Translations under genes and position numbers: made by a program | Notes under the pieces: generated by a model | Databases searched by the model: none | What the model saw: the letters and a program-made list of their open reading frames with translations, nothing else | What the model was told of the DNA's origin: nothing | From: the human T2T-CHM13v2.0 reference genome, Homo sapiens | Direction: 5' to 3' (one strand) | DNA length: 64,000 nucleotides | Assembly (NCBI RefSeq): GCF_009914755.1 | Contig: NC_060939.1 | In this document: one piece after another, positions 1 to 14,135 of the stretch | How the letters are laid out: each line of letters opens with the position of its first letter | Position numbering within the stretch: position 1 is the first letter of the stretch

Positions 1-271
1 TGGGCTCTGAGCAGGGTGATGAATTAATTACCAGCCAGAGAGAAGGAAATACATGAACACTGGGCACGCTGCAGACCTCACCATCCAAGAAATGGAACAC
101 CAGCACTGCCATTGCATTCCAACCACCAAAGAGTATTTTGCCAAAGGAAAGATGTTGTGCAGTTTCTGAAATTGTTGCACCCAAAATGAAACCTTTCTGC
201 GATGATAATACCATTATACAGGCGAATGTTTTCCAAAATGCTGTGTTAATAAGAGAAGGGGAATATGGCTA

Positions 272-649
<378 letters not shown>

Positions 650-1753
650 TTAAAATAAATTTATTTTGTAGTGCCTACTTCTTTGTTCAAGGAGTCCTGT
701 CTACAGAGATAAAGTTTAATCTTTTAAGAGCGACTTTCCCTGTGGAAAAGCATTACTTGCCAAGCTAGCGTCACCGTGTTGTATAGGTCCCCAGACCACT
801 GTAGTCTCTGTTAGAATTTTTTTTTCCTGTTTATCAACATAAAGTTTTCAGTCATTGAATATAACCACTGGGCTGTAAAGATTTCTCATAATGTATTTTA
901 ACTGTTATTGTTTAGAAAAATAAATGGGCTTGATGCCCTGAATTAAAATATTGTTTTGGGATCATTAACTTCATATCATTTACAGATAGAATGGCTGGTA
1001 TATGCTAATAGGATTTTCAAAGTGTGGAATTAAATATGTTTGAGTTAAAATGACAAGGGGAGGGTGGGTTATCAGTGATTCTCATAATGATTTAGGCGCT
1101 TATCCTAACTGGGGTGGCATGAAGCCAGCATGCGTTGGTGATAGAAATCTAATACTCACTCGAATTTAATGATTAAGTAATTTTTAACCAACAGAAACAC
1201 TGCTGTTGGATTATATTCCTCAAAACAATATTAAATTTTGTAACACTTTCTAATCAGAAAGAATCCATGGGAATAATCCATATAGTATTGTAATTTATCA
1301 TGCTTTAAGAGGGGAACAACTCATGCCTCTTGAGAAAGCTGATTATTTCTCGCCTAATTAAATGCTAACATTTTAGGGTCCATTGCAAGTTGAAACCCAC
1401 AAAACCTTCCTGCTGTGTAAAGTGCCTGAAATGTGTTTTAAAATATTTTGCATTTTTTCACCCCAGTTGTGCTTGGGTGTTGATAATGTCTGGCTGATAG
1501 TAGTTGGGAAACAGTGCTTTATTGTCTTTCTGTTTTTTAAATACAAATCCCATGGCTGCCTCTCCTAATATTCTTCCTCCTTGCAGAGTCCCATCTTCTG
1601 TCTGTCTGGAATCATACCTTCCTCCACTCCCATGCCCACTCTCCATCCAGGCTTCACCACTGGCTCCTAGACATTGCAGTATTCATCCTTGCTGCCCTCT
1701 CTGCCTCTGGTTTCTGCCTTTTGCATGGATCCTGCACACGGCAACCAAGTTAA

Positions 1754-2066
<313 letters not shown>

Positions 2067-2544
2067 ACAGGTCAATGTTACAAGGTCATCTAATCCCCAA
2101 GCTCAAGAACCCTCATTAGTATTGAATTGATGACAAATCAATTCTAAGTGCTGTAGCTTGGCATTGATCAGATGGGTCCTACCTTTCCTACCTTTTCTCT
2201 CATTATTTCCAAAGACAAACCCTTCACTCTGGTCTAATTGATGCAACTCCTGGTACCCAGTTGCTGTCCTTTCATTGCAGTTTTGCTTAATGCTCTCCTC
2301 TCTGCCAGCAGCACCTCCTTCTAAGTTCAATCCTTCCTCCACGGCCAAGGAGGAAGCCTCTCTCTTCTTGCCCTGACTACCCAAGGAGCAGCAGTCTCTC
2401 AAACACTTGAGTTTTTGAAGCACATATTTTCCCTAGCACATTTTTGCCATGCCACATAGGATACCATGTACTATATTTTCCATACACTTATCTTCTAAGC
2501 AATTTGAGGACCATGTTTAGGTATCTTAGGTGTTTGGCACAATT

Positions 2545-4188
2545 GTTTTTTTTTTATTATGGTAAAAAAAAAAAAACATAAAATTGACCATCTTAACAAT
2601 TTTTAAGCGTATAGTACAATAGTGTTAATTACTGTATATGCACATTGCAATGTAAAAGATCTCTAGAACTTTTTCATCTTACAAAACTGAAACTCTGTTC
2701 CCATTGAACAACTCCTTGTTTCTTCCTTCTCTCAGCCCCAGGAACTACCATTCTACTCTCCGTTTCTAACAGTTTGGCTACTTTAAATGCCTCATATAAC
2801 TGGAACCATACAGTATTTGTCTTTTGGTGACTCCCATATTTTACTTAGCACAATGCCCTTGAGCTTTATCCATTTGTAGCATATGATGGGATTTCGTCCT
2901 TTTTTTAAGGATGAATAATATTCCATTGTATGAATATGCCACTTTATCCATTCATCTACAGTTGGGTTCACATTTTAGCTATTGTGAGTCATGTAGCAGT
3001 GAACATGGGTGTGCAAATATCTCTTCAAGGTCTTGTTTTCAGTTCTTTTGGATAGATACCCAGAAGTGGAATTGTCAGATACTATGATAATTCAATTTTT
3101 AATTTTTGAGGAACCACCTTACTGTTTACCATTGCAGCTGCACCATTTTACATTCCCACTAACAGTGTACATGGGTTCCAATTTCTCCACATTCTCACCA
3201 ACGCTTGTTATTATCTATTTTTTTTTATGGTAGCTGCCATACCAGATGTGAGGTGATATTTCATTGTGGTTTTGATTTGTATTTCCTTGATAATTAATTT
3301 TGAACACCTTTTCATGCACCTATTGGCCATTTGTATATGGTCTTTGAAGAAATGTCTGTTCACGTCCTGTGCCCATTTTTAAATTAGATTTGTTGTTGTT
3401 GTTGAGTTGTAAGAGTGTTTCGTATATTCTGGATATTAATCTCTCCTCAGATATATCGTTTGCAAATATTTTCCCCCATTCCATAGGTTGTCTTTTTCCT
3501 TTGTTGATTGTTGCCGTGGCTGAGCAGAAGTTTTTAAGTTTGATATAATACCATTTGTCTATTTTTGTTTTTATTGCCTGTGTTGTTGGTGTCATATCCA
3601 AGACATCATTGCCAAATCTAATGTCACGAAGGTTTTCCAGTAAAGTTTCTTCTAAGAGTTTTCTAGTTTCAGATAATATGTTCAGGTCTTTAATCCGTTT
3701 TCAGTTAATTTTTGTACATAGTGTAAGGTAAGAGTCTAACTTCATTCTTTTGCATATAGAAATCCAGTTTACCCAATACCACGTGTTGGAGAGACTGTTC
3801 TTTCACCATTGTGTAACCTTGGCACCCTTGTGGAAGATCATTTGACCACATATGTGAGAATTTATTCTTGGGTTCTCTCTTCTGTTGCATTGGTCTCCAT
3901 GTCTGTTTTATGCCAGTACCACATTGTTCTGATTACTGTAGCTTTGTAATATGTTTTGAATCCAGGAAGTGTGAGGCCTCCAGCTTTGTTCTTCTTTCTC
4001 AAGATCGTTTTGTCTATTCAGGGTCCTTGGTGGTTCCATATGAATTTTAGAATTGTTTTTGCTATTTCTGCAAAGCCATACCTTTGGGATTTTGATAAAG
4101 ATTACACTGACTTTGTAGATTGCTTTGGGTAGCATGGATATTCTAACAATATTAAGTGTTCTAATCCATGAACATGATATGTCTTTCC
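2545..4188 (-). mobile_element. L1 (L1MB-type) 3' fragment: ORF2 C-terminus and 3'UTR
   Basis: T-rich tail at 2545. Minus-strand ORFs 3320-3601 and 3908-4300 give L1 ORF2-like peptides (KIDKWYYIKLKNFC...RQPMEWGKIFAN; SWIRTLNIVRISMLPKAIY). Confidence 0.92.
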
Positions 4189-4329
4189 GTCCAGCGCAAT
4201 TCTTTATATATAACAATAAGATTGTTGTTGGTGATGAGTGTGAAAAAAAATCCACCAAAGCTGTGTGTGTTTTTCTTTTAGAGAAGGCAGAAAGAGGCAA
4301 AACAATTCACACATATTCGGCACTTTCAG

Positions 4330-4515
4330 TGTATCACAGATCCATATATGATTATTTTCAGTATAAACTTGTAAGTGTTGGGATTCTTATTTTGCAAAGA
4401 AAGAAATTGAGACTCACATTTAATAACTTCAATTATCAAAGGTCATTCAACTAGTACATGGCAGAAGCTGGGTATACCTCAAGTGGGTTTATCTGATTTC
4501 CAAGGCTGTGTTCTG
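4330..4515 (-). mobile_element. MIR fragment
   Basis: 'gaaattgagactca...aaggtcattcaactagtacatggcagaagctggg' resembles the antisense MIR core. Confidence 0.6.
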
Positions 4516-6149
4516 TTCATTCTCAATCTCCCCTCCCTTTCTGTTCTCCTCTATGCTGGTATTTTCCAATTCTGCCAACATGAGCTGTTTACTGCCTACA
4601 TGCCAGGGCTAGGTAATGCCAAGGTCATTTGGAGAAGCATTTCGACATAGCAAGGCTGAGTTGATGGAATAATCCAGTGTCCTCTGACTTAATTAACTAA
4701 ACCTTGTATCTTTTGAACAGCTAATGTTTGAAGGCAGATTTGAATTTAAAAATGCAAATAACTCTTCCCACTTTTGGATAAAATATTGTGTTCCTTTTCA
4801 TCTGTGATCCATCATGACCTCTCAATTGTTTTCTACCATAAAAGCTCACAAAGCAGCACACCCATTGTTTTCTTTCATTCCCCCACCCTAATTTTGATTT
4901 TGATGTGTCATTGAGTCATCTTTTGACTTCTCTTTCCCATCTCTGCCTCCTCTATTTAGTGCATGTTACATAATTTCTGCTGCCAAAGAGGGAACAAATC
5001 ATGCAGAGAACACACCTATTTAACTATGTTTAAGATCTGCCCAGGAATGTGGAACATGTTTAAATATAAAACTGAGAATGAGGCCTTTGACATTGATTGA
5101 TTTTAGAAATAAAGTAGAACTAATCCACAATACTGATCTCATAGAGAAATATTTTCATAAAATTCCAGAACATTTGTGGGAACTGGACCTTAATTAGAGC
5201 CCCATTGTACAGGGATAAATAGCATGGTGGTTAGAGTTGATATAGTTACTGAAAGGAATGGAGTGTAATCAGGGCAAGCCCGTGCATCTAGGTATTGGAT
5301 CTGGTTAGAGATGCTTGTATATAATATAGGGTCAGCCCAGAAAGCACTTAAAAATGCCTCTCAACACTTATCATGTGCTATGGAAATGAACTAGGAGTGC
5401 TAAAGTTAATCAAAATTAGGGTGGGGAAGTGAATGAAAATAATGGGTGTGTTTCTTTGCAAACTTTTATGGTAGAAAACAATTTAGAGGTTATCATGGAT
5501 CACAGATGAAAAGGAACACAATATTTTATCCAAAAGCAAATACTAAGCATGTTTTAACAATTTAAAAATCTGCTGAAAATCTTTCAATTTTAAATGAACT
5601 GAGTGCAGTAGTAACATATCAAGTCTTATGCTTCACAAGTTAGAGAAATGAAGGAACTTTGAGGTGGCTGGGAGCAAAGATGATTAAAGCATTGGAACAT
5701 AAAAGACGCAAAACAGTTGACTTGAAAAATAACATATCAGATCATAATATATTCTATGTATGGAATACATACTGAATAGAAGCAGAAGATCTTCTACAGA
5801 AGATCATCTCAGGCTGCTGTACCTCTTTAGGGAGAATAAAGTTAGGAAATGTCTTAAGTGAGAGTTGGAGAGAGAAATCATTTTATAAATGAGGTCTTTC
5901 TGACAAATGGCCAAAATAAGAACTATAATACTAAATATGCTGTTACTTCAGCCCTTGTATGTGCCAGGTGCCGCATCAGAGTTTGTCATCTTACTCGGGG
6001 AATTTGCAGCAGACTGAACTTAGATACGGTTGCATTATATAGTGTAAGTTGAATGAACTTAAATACAGTTCAGCACAGCACAGCATACCAATTCTGTGGG
6101 TGCCATCAATCAGGAAAGTTTGAGAAGCACTCAGTTAGGTTCCTGTGAT

Positions 6150-6445
6150 AGTGACTGAAGGACAATTTTAGATGGATGGCAGAGAAGCCCTCTCTGAGGA
6201 CACATTTGAGCTGTGATTGACATGAAGCCTTGTGAAGATCTATTGGAAAGACCATTCCAGGCAGCGGGAACAGCACGTGCAAAGACATTGGGAATGATCC
6301 TGGCATGTTTGAGGACTAGAAAGAGGACCAGCATTGATGATGCATGGAAAAATGCTGGGAGGGTGGTTGGGAAGAAGGTCAGAGGGGTAGGTAGGCATCA
6401 GAGCACAGCTCTGTAGGCCACAGCAAGGATGAAAGGGTTTTATTC
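6150..6445 (-). mobile_element. L2 fragment
   Basis: 'cattccaggcagcgggaacagcacgtgcaaag' is the hallmark antisense L2 3' motif. Confidence 0.8.
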
Positions 6446-7659
6446 CTCAGGGAGCATTTCCATCCTGGCTCAAGTCCACACCACACTTTCCCATTGTCCC
6501 CAGCACCCCACGCCCAAAGCCTCATGACCTCACCTTAGCATAGAGCTGTTCCACCTTGGGATTCCCAGCCCACCCTTTAGGAGTCTGTCTGGTCCACAAG
6601 TGAAAAAACAAAACAAGTGTCCCGTCACTGCAGCATGCTGAGAAAGCCTTGACTAGCAGAATTGTATCAGCCTGGCTGGGACCCAGTTTGAGGCCACCCT
6701 ACCTTCCACATACTCAGGGAGCCACCACAGCCCCTAGGCTGTTGTGCATCTTCAGCAAAGGGGGGCCTGGGCTATACCTCTCTACAGACCTCCCAACACC
6801 TCTTCCCAGGAATGTCACTCTCCAGGGTTGTTGGCCTAATGTATTGGCTCTAGGGCCAATATGCATTGAGACAGTCATAGTAAAGTCAAAAGAGGCACTG
6901 AATCCACTCCTGGAGCCAATCCTCCTAACTTTTTCAAAAGATGAAAATCATACACAAAACAGGAAAATGGAATCTTTGTCTGTGCTGTAATTTCCTCACT
7001 AAATTGACCATGAAGAATCAGTTTATACTGGCACTCTTCACGCAGATAGTCTGTGGGACTCAGTTACTCAGTGCATTATGATTTTAGGGGAGCATAGCAT
7101 GGTCCTAGCTTGGGGAGGAAAGGGAGAGGTGGAAAAAAATGGAAAGTGAAGGCTTTTCAAATAGCACAGCAAATCATACTTTGAGATTTGGCAAGGCCTC
7201 TGAGACAGGCCCTTGTTTTGTGATGATCAAGTCATGCAGAATTTCACTTTTCTTTATCTTGATGACTTGAGGGCTGGGACTCCAAATCACCAGCAGGTCG
7301 TGAAGGGTTGCTCAAGGTCTGGCCTATGATAGGGCTCTGAATATATGTTGAAGAAATCCATGAGGGAATGAATGAATGTGTGCATGTGGGATTAAGGAAG
7401 CTGAGATAATTAAAGGTGAAAATAGTCACCACTGTTGATTTTATGGAGAAGAATTGATGAACAATTACAGGACCTCTTTATGAAGTCAGGTGACCTTAGA
7501 AGAAACCATTTCAGAAGCGTAAAGACTAAAGTCACACATTCATCTCAGAAACAAAGTATTACAAATAATTAGAGAAGGTGGAGAAAAGAAGAAAATGGAG
7601 CCAGTGGTTAAAGCCACAAATACAAGGAGTTTGAGAATACTTCATTATTTGGATTAATT

Positions 7660-8175
7660 TTATTAACCTTTTTATTTTGGAGTAACTTAAGATATTTACA
7701 GAAAAGTTGCAAAGATAGTAGAGAGAGTTCCTGTACCCCTTAGCCAGTTTCAGTGTCCCCTAGTGTTAACGTCTTGTATTACTAGGGTACATTTATGAAA
7801 ATTAAGAAACCAACCTTGGTACGTTACTATTAACTAAATTCTAGACTTTCTTTGGTTTTCAGCAGTTTTTCCATTGCCATCCTTTTTCTATTCCAGGAGC
7901 TAACCCAGGACCCAACATTAACATGTAGTCATCATGTCTCCTTAGTCTCTTCTGGCCTGTCCTAATTTCTCAGTCTTCCCTGTGTTTCATGCCCTTGACA
8001 GTTTTGAAGAGCATGGTCAGGTGTGTTGTAGAGTGTCCCTCAAAATGAGTTTTTCAGATGTTTTTCTTTGTTAGACTGGGGCTATGGGTTTGAGGGAAGA
8101 ATACTATGCAGGTAAAGTGTCCTCATCCCATCATTTCAAGGGCACATGATAGCCACATGACATCAACATGACAGT
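7660..8175 (-). mobile_element. L1MC-type 3'UTR fragment
   Basis: 'tttacagaaaagttgcaaagatagtagagagagttcc...ttagactggggctatgggtttg' is typical of L1MC4/5 3' ends. Confidence 0.75.
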
Positions 8176-11100
8176 ATTGGGATATTCATCTTGATGAATC
8201 TTGAGCACAGTCCTTGCCTTTACCTCAACAGATTCCCTTCCTTATGCTCACCTCCCCATCCTTGCAGGATTACACTAGGTAGTACAGAGATTCTTCTCTA
8301 AGATGCCCAGAACACTGCATCTTCACATCTTCACTGATACCTTTTCCCACAATTATTCTCTTTTGCTTTAGTACCAACAATCTCTTTCTGTACAGAGGTT
8401 CGTTGAGTATCTGTTTAAACATTGTCCAAGAGAGTGAATGAAACAGACATGTACTTTAAAAAGACTTTTGTAGAGTTTGGGGAAGAAAATTGAAGAGCTG
8501 AAATGCAAAATTAGATATAGAAAAGGAACAAGATGGGGTTTTAAAACAATGGCAGCCAAAAGTAGACAGCCAAATCAAACAGGGGCAAAATTTGTGATTA
8601 AAATAGCAAATGTAAAAATGGAAAAGCAGCGGTCAAAAGCAAAAGTTTAAAAATCAAGTTTCCAACTTTAAAATAAAATCTTGCAAAAGTAGAGGAAATT
8701 TAAGTGGTTCAAGTTTGTATGGGAACAGAAACATAGATGGAAAAATAAGCTTCAAATAGGTAAGGCAAATGGTAATGAAATGCCAAATAATACAGTTATC
8801 TGATCTTGCAACAGGAAAGTCCTGTAATTTGGAAAGTGTCAGAAGCTCTTGGCGATACCCATGCGATTAATAGTATCAGCTTAGGCTTAATGAAGTCTAA
8901 GAATACTAGAAAGTGGGCTGGTTCTCTTTGTATAAGCAGAAGATCCAGTTCTTTGTTTTGTTTCAAGAAGCAAACAATGAAGGAATTTGAAAAACTACAA
9001 GAAACCCTTTAAAACTTTTGAGTAATTTTGTAAAGTGGTAAAATGGTGTTTTATTTATTTTGAGGGGAAAGAATGCACGAACATGTTTTCTAAATGTGGT
9101 TCATGCCCACATGTCATACTGAATGTTTTCTTTCAAAAAGAATTGATCATGCACCTTCTGTGTTCAGGCATGGTGTCAGGAGTGGTCCTTGCCCGTAAGG
9201 AGTTTATGGTCTGCTGAGTTTATGGCCATGTTGTTCCTTAACTCCCATCTGTGGTTTTGCTGATCTAGATCTTAGGAATCAAATATCTTTTGCCTCCAGG
9301 TTTGTGTTTTTTGGTTTTTTTCCTTCTGTAATTTAGGTTGTGCACCATGATGTTTAGAACAATGCATTACCCGTCAGGATGAGTGATCTGTTTCAGCCTC
9401 TCCCTCCAAACTGCCCAGGGTTAAGTATTGGATTGTACTGACTCTCTCACTCTTCCTTCCCCATGTACTGTCAAGAGGAGCTTGCCATCAGCATGGCACA
9501 GAGACAGTAAATTTGTCTCCAGAGACTGACTCTACCCCGTAAGGCCCATGCCAACCAAGGCCAGGTTGTTTGCAGGTGGCCTGCTTTGTCGAACCTTTAG
9601 TCCCCTCCAGCACAAGTGCCCCACACTGACATCCCATCAGATACAAGAATGTCAACACAAGGTTATAGAAATCCATGTAATTCACACAAAACAACACGTT
9701 AAACTTTCAACTTGCGTAAAGGATCAGATGATCCCATTGTATCCCACAATTCCATTTCCACCACTTACGGCGGCCTGAAGAGCAGGTTGTCTTTCCTGGT
9801 CTGAACTGGCCCAAGGCTACTGCCATGGCAGGACCCTTCTGCCAGCTCCATGGGGTTTGTGTTTCAGGCTCAGCTGCCCTGTGAGGTGCAGCCTGTTCTG
9901 TTACAACTTGTGTTACAACGTTGCTTAGTTCACAAATAACTGGTAAAAGGTAGAATGTTATCAGTGTGCCATGCAAGTTAGTTTGGTTCATCTGTAAGTT
10001 TTCCTAGGCAGGGGGAAGTGGAATAGTGGGAGCAGAATTGAAAACTTCAACAGGACAAACACATACACACACACTCACACACAACCCAAAACTCTCAGTA
10101 GGGTGTTGCATAGGCAGGAGCATTTTTAGATGTGTATTAGGCAAATTTAAAATGAGACATGAGCACATGCCTGGGGCTGCCCCCAGGGGAGGTCGCTGAA
10201 GCTCCAGGACTGCAGTTGGTTGTGCTTCCTCCTGTACACCTGTAATGGCTACCCCGCTGGCTCAGAGCTCTGCCTCACCGCCCTGCCCTGGCACCTGCAA
10301 GCCAGTGTGCCACTTTTTTGATGTTGTATGTTTTTAATATTCCCTGAGACAGACTCCAGAGTTCTGAGTTTCTTACTTGGGGTGTCAAATTATATTCCAG
10401 GAACCAATTTGGGTTTTCCTGGCTTCTGGTTAAAAAGCTGGACAGATTTTGAGTTGTTTGCTCTTAGTTCTCTCATAAACTGCACTATTTTTAGGGCACT
10501 ATTTTGTAGAACACAAGATTTTTCAGGAAGTATATTGAAAGGCCTGTACTTAGTTGTGTGTTTTTCTTTCAGCCACACTCAGATCTTCCCCTTCTGGTAT
10601 GTTCTCAGCTGGAGACACTGCTCCCCGCATTGTCCCAAAGTTTGAAAGGTGGGGGCTGAGGAGAGAAGGGGAGTAGTCAGGCAGTTTCTAGCAGTTACCT
10701 CCCCACATTGCCACCTAGAACCTCATCTGCCTCCCTCTACACCCCAAGCTCCAGGAAGGCAAAGACCAAATCTTTGGACTCCATATCCTTTGTGCCTGGA
10801 GAAAAGCTTGGACTTGGTGTTGGAATGTTACTTTGAGTTGTCTTTGACAGGTATCAGAAAGCCACATGCCCTCCCCATGGAAGCAGGACCAGAATTAGAC
10901 TGCAGGACTTTAGAGACAAACCCCATGAAGCTCCAAGGGGTTCATTCTAACTCAACTGAGCAAATTAACCACTTCTCCAGTTAGATCTTCTAATAACTTT
11001 TGTTGGGTTTTTCTCCTGCAGTTAGGGAATAGCAAAGTCTTCACTACCAAAAAATAAAATAAAAAGTACAATGATGCAGTAATGTCATTTGAAAATAATA

Positions 11101-12125
11101 GTGAAGGAAAAAGAAGTATGTGATTGAGAAAGATGCTTATGTGAGTTATGAACATTGCTAAGGGGGCGGGAGGACCACTTAATGATTCAGTGAAATGGGA
11201 ACTGTCTAGACAAGTAATTCATATAGCTCATGTTGAAGCCAGCCCTTCAGGAGTTTGCACCAGAGCCCAACCTCAGCTCTACCTACTGGAGTCTCAGGGC
11301 TTTGTTTTGCCCTGGGTTAAGCCACATCACAGTTGGCTGCCAACTTTGAACAATGAGTAGCTTACCATAAGAAGCCCAGGCCTAAGGGAATTCATCTTCT
11401 CCCTCATGCCAGTTATAGTAACGGGCAGGGAAACCTGAGTCCAGCTGCCAACAGTCATTAAATGCAAAGGACTTCTTCCCCAGGTTCAGATGGTCATGGT
11501 TACCTTGGCCAGATCCTCCCTACCCAGTTTTGCCCTGCTGTCCCTCCCAAATCCCCAGAGGCAAGGGCCAAAGTCACCGCACTGAAAATCAGAGGCTGTG
11601 CCTTTCATTACCAGCTCTGCAAAGGGCCTGCGGCAGGGGGTGGGGTGGTGGGGTGTTGTGGGAGGTCATTGAACCTGTATGCTTCTCAGTTCCTCATCTG
11701 CAAAGTAAAGGGGGTGAGCTAAAGCATTTCAGTTTTCTTCTGAGTAGAGAAGTGAGATACATTTTCAGTGTAGAATTTATAAAACACAGAAAACTATCAT
11801 GTATATGTAGTGTATTTTTAGATATTATAAATATGTTGGATCCTGCTGCTTCTCTTAACATTATATGAAGCACTTCTCCATGCATTACAAAAATTCTGTG
11901 TAAGTTTTAATAGCTACCTAAAATTTTACAACTGCTTGCTTTGAAAAATGCCTTCCAGGTCAAACATTTTAGAATTCTTTGAGCGTGATGCAAAAAGAAA
12001 AATAAAAGGATGGATTTTTTTTTTTTTTTCAAAAAAGGAAGCATTTCTGAGAGAGAGGGAGGAGGCAGGTGGAATCTTTGGATACCGAGTTGTAGGAACT
12101 GGGGGGATAATTTAATCATGTTATT

Positions 12126-12578
12126 ATTGGAAGCAGTCCTCCATGGGTTTACTCATACTCCTACATGTCATGTTAGGTATGACCAGAATATGAGGACATG
12201 ATCCCCTTTACCTGACCCATTTTTCAGGACTGTGTTTTCAGTAAGCAACATTTAGAAATGAGGGAAGGCCTACCTCCAGAATGAAGAACAGGCTTGTTTA
12301 TTGCTTGCTGTGAATGCAGTGCATTCCCAAGCTCAGTATTCATCCACTGCATTGCAAACACACTGCATGTGGAATATGTCTGGACCTCTCTGCATTGCCC
12401 CTGTGGACTTGGAGACAAGGGGAACCGACTGCAAACACTGATATCCATGCTACTTGCTGTGCCATGAGTAATAAAGTCCTTTGTCTCATTATCCAAGATT
12501 CTCTGCTAGTATCCATGAAACCATGATAGATTAACTCATTAGCTTGTAAGTAAGTGGAGTAAAATCAACCCCCAGGCC
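12126..12578 (+). mobile_element. Solo LTR, ERVL class (MER70/LTR53-like group; exact family uncertain)
   Basis: 'ggaagcagtcctccatggg' start, 'gagtaataaagtcctttgtctc' polyA region and 'atccatgaaac...ttagcttgtaagt' end. Confidence 0.75.
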
Positions 12579-13374
12579 AAGTAATGATTACATGTTAGTT
12601 ATACAATGGTAGATGAGCAGCAAGGACATTTCGACTTCAAGAAGCAAAGCATCTAACTTAATTTTACACAGCTAGTGGCAGAGCTAGAAATCAAACCTGG
12701 GTCTGTTGGACTCCAAATCCCACATATTTTATTGGCTGCTTTCACCATACTGTATCTTCCAGGCAGTAGGAACCATTTGATATGAAATTAATAAAGAACC
12801 TCAAATGGACTCTTCATTTTAAAAAGTGGTGGATCCTAGGTAGGTGTTAAGTCTGAAGCTACTTTCCCCAGGAAAGTTTGCCATCTGTTACCTATTTGGA
12901 GAATTTCTCTACCAAGCTACCCAACTGGTTTATTTAGATTGAATGATGAAAACATTTAAATCTGGTTGTTGTAGTGTTTCATTGGCTTTAAAAAGAATTT
13001 TTTTTCTCCAGCAGGCTCTAGTGCATAAATATTGTCGATATTTTTAAAAATGAAATGAATACAGTAGGAATCATTCTAATATCCATATTGGCAGAAGTTA
13101 GAAGCTTTTCATGCTGGAACGAAGAGGAGGTAATGAATAACCCTAGAGCTGTGTGTCGCTGCTCTACTGGGGCAAGATACATTTTATTAAAAACAGAACT
13201 TTGCCCATTGGTAGAAAGTTGTTGCATTGATAGAACACCCAATGCGCTTGCCACTAGCGCTCAGCACAGTGTCTAGTGTCTGGTAAACACTCAGTAATTG
13301 GTAGATTTTATTATGACTTGGTACTCGGTAAATGTTTTCCCAGTGAATGACAGCTGTTTGTTCATCCTTCACTT

Positions 13375-13680
13375 ATTTTGTATTTATTGAGTGCCTACTG
13401 AAAGGACAAATCTATACTAGGCACTGAGGCTACAGCTGCAAACAAGGCAAAAGTGCCTGCCCTCATGGAGCTTATCTTTCAGAGGGGAGATTGATAATAA
13501 ATGCACGGACATAGAATATCAGTGACCATAGCTGCTCTGAAGAAAAGTTGAATAGGAGAAACAGGCTGGAGAGAAAGATGGTGTGAGTGGGCTCTTCTAG
13601 ATTCTGTGATCAGGGAGGTCCTTGCTTGGTTAGGATGTCTACAGAGTGACCTGAATACAGTATGGGAGCAAACAGCAGGG
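13375..13680 (-). mobile_element. L2 3' end fragment
   Basis: 'tatttattgagtgcctact...ctgccctcatggagctt' antisense L2 terminus. Confidence 0.75.
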
Positions 13681-13976
13681 AGATGTGGCAATGCTGCTGC
13701 CTGGATTAGGGCAAAGCATGAGATGGACCTGAAGACAAACCAGGTTTTCTTCGTAGCCCAGCCTCATGTTCTGTTACGGACCACGGTCTCTCTACAGACC
13801 TTAACTCACCTGTAGTCTGGGGATAAACCTCATGCTTAACAACAGCAGGTAGAGTCTTTGGCATTGTGAAGGATAATTAAAAGTCTCATTATTTACCTCA
13901 GATTGCCATCAAAGAAGTAGAATCATTCTTTTTGCTTGAATGTGACAGTATTGCTATATGCTAGGCTCTTATATAA

Positions 13977-14135
13977 GAGGATGGGTGAGCTCACGTTTGG
14001 CGGTGTGGTCGAGTGATGTTTTGTGTGAGAGGATGGATGACCTCACGTTTGGCGGTGTGGTCGAGTGATGTTTTGTATGAGAGGATGGCTGAGCTTATGT
14101 TTGGTGATGTGATAAAGAGATGTTTTGCTGTAAGG
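13977..14135. repeat. 52-bp minisatellite: two near-identical copies plus one degenerate copy
   Basis: 'tcacgtttggcggtgtggtcgagtgatgttttgt' at 13991 and 14043 (period 52). A third, diverged copy starts at 14081. Confidence 0.92.

Noticed and set aside
3009-4300. ORFs resembling reverse transcriptase / L1 ORF2
   Set aside because: Frameshifted remnants of a dead L1MB, not a gene or an active element.
5440-5900. Possible CR1/L3 remnant
   Set aside because: The similarity is too faint to support by eye; it needs a Dfam HMM search.
8440-8800. A/purine-skewed stretch that looked like a processed pseudogene or L1 ORF remnant
   Set aside because: Its translation (MAAKSRQPNQTGAKF...) is short and unrecognised, with no poly(A)/TSD structure.
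13977-14135. CRISPR-like repeat array
   Set aside because: The units are contiguous tandem copies without unique spacers, the DNA is primate, and there are no cas genes.
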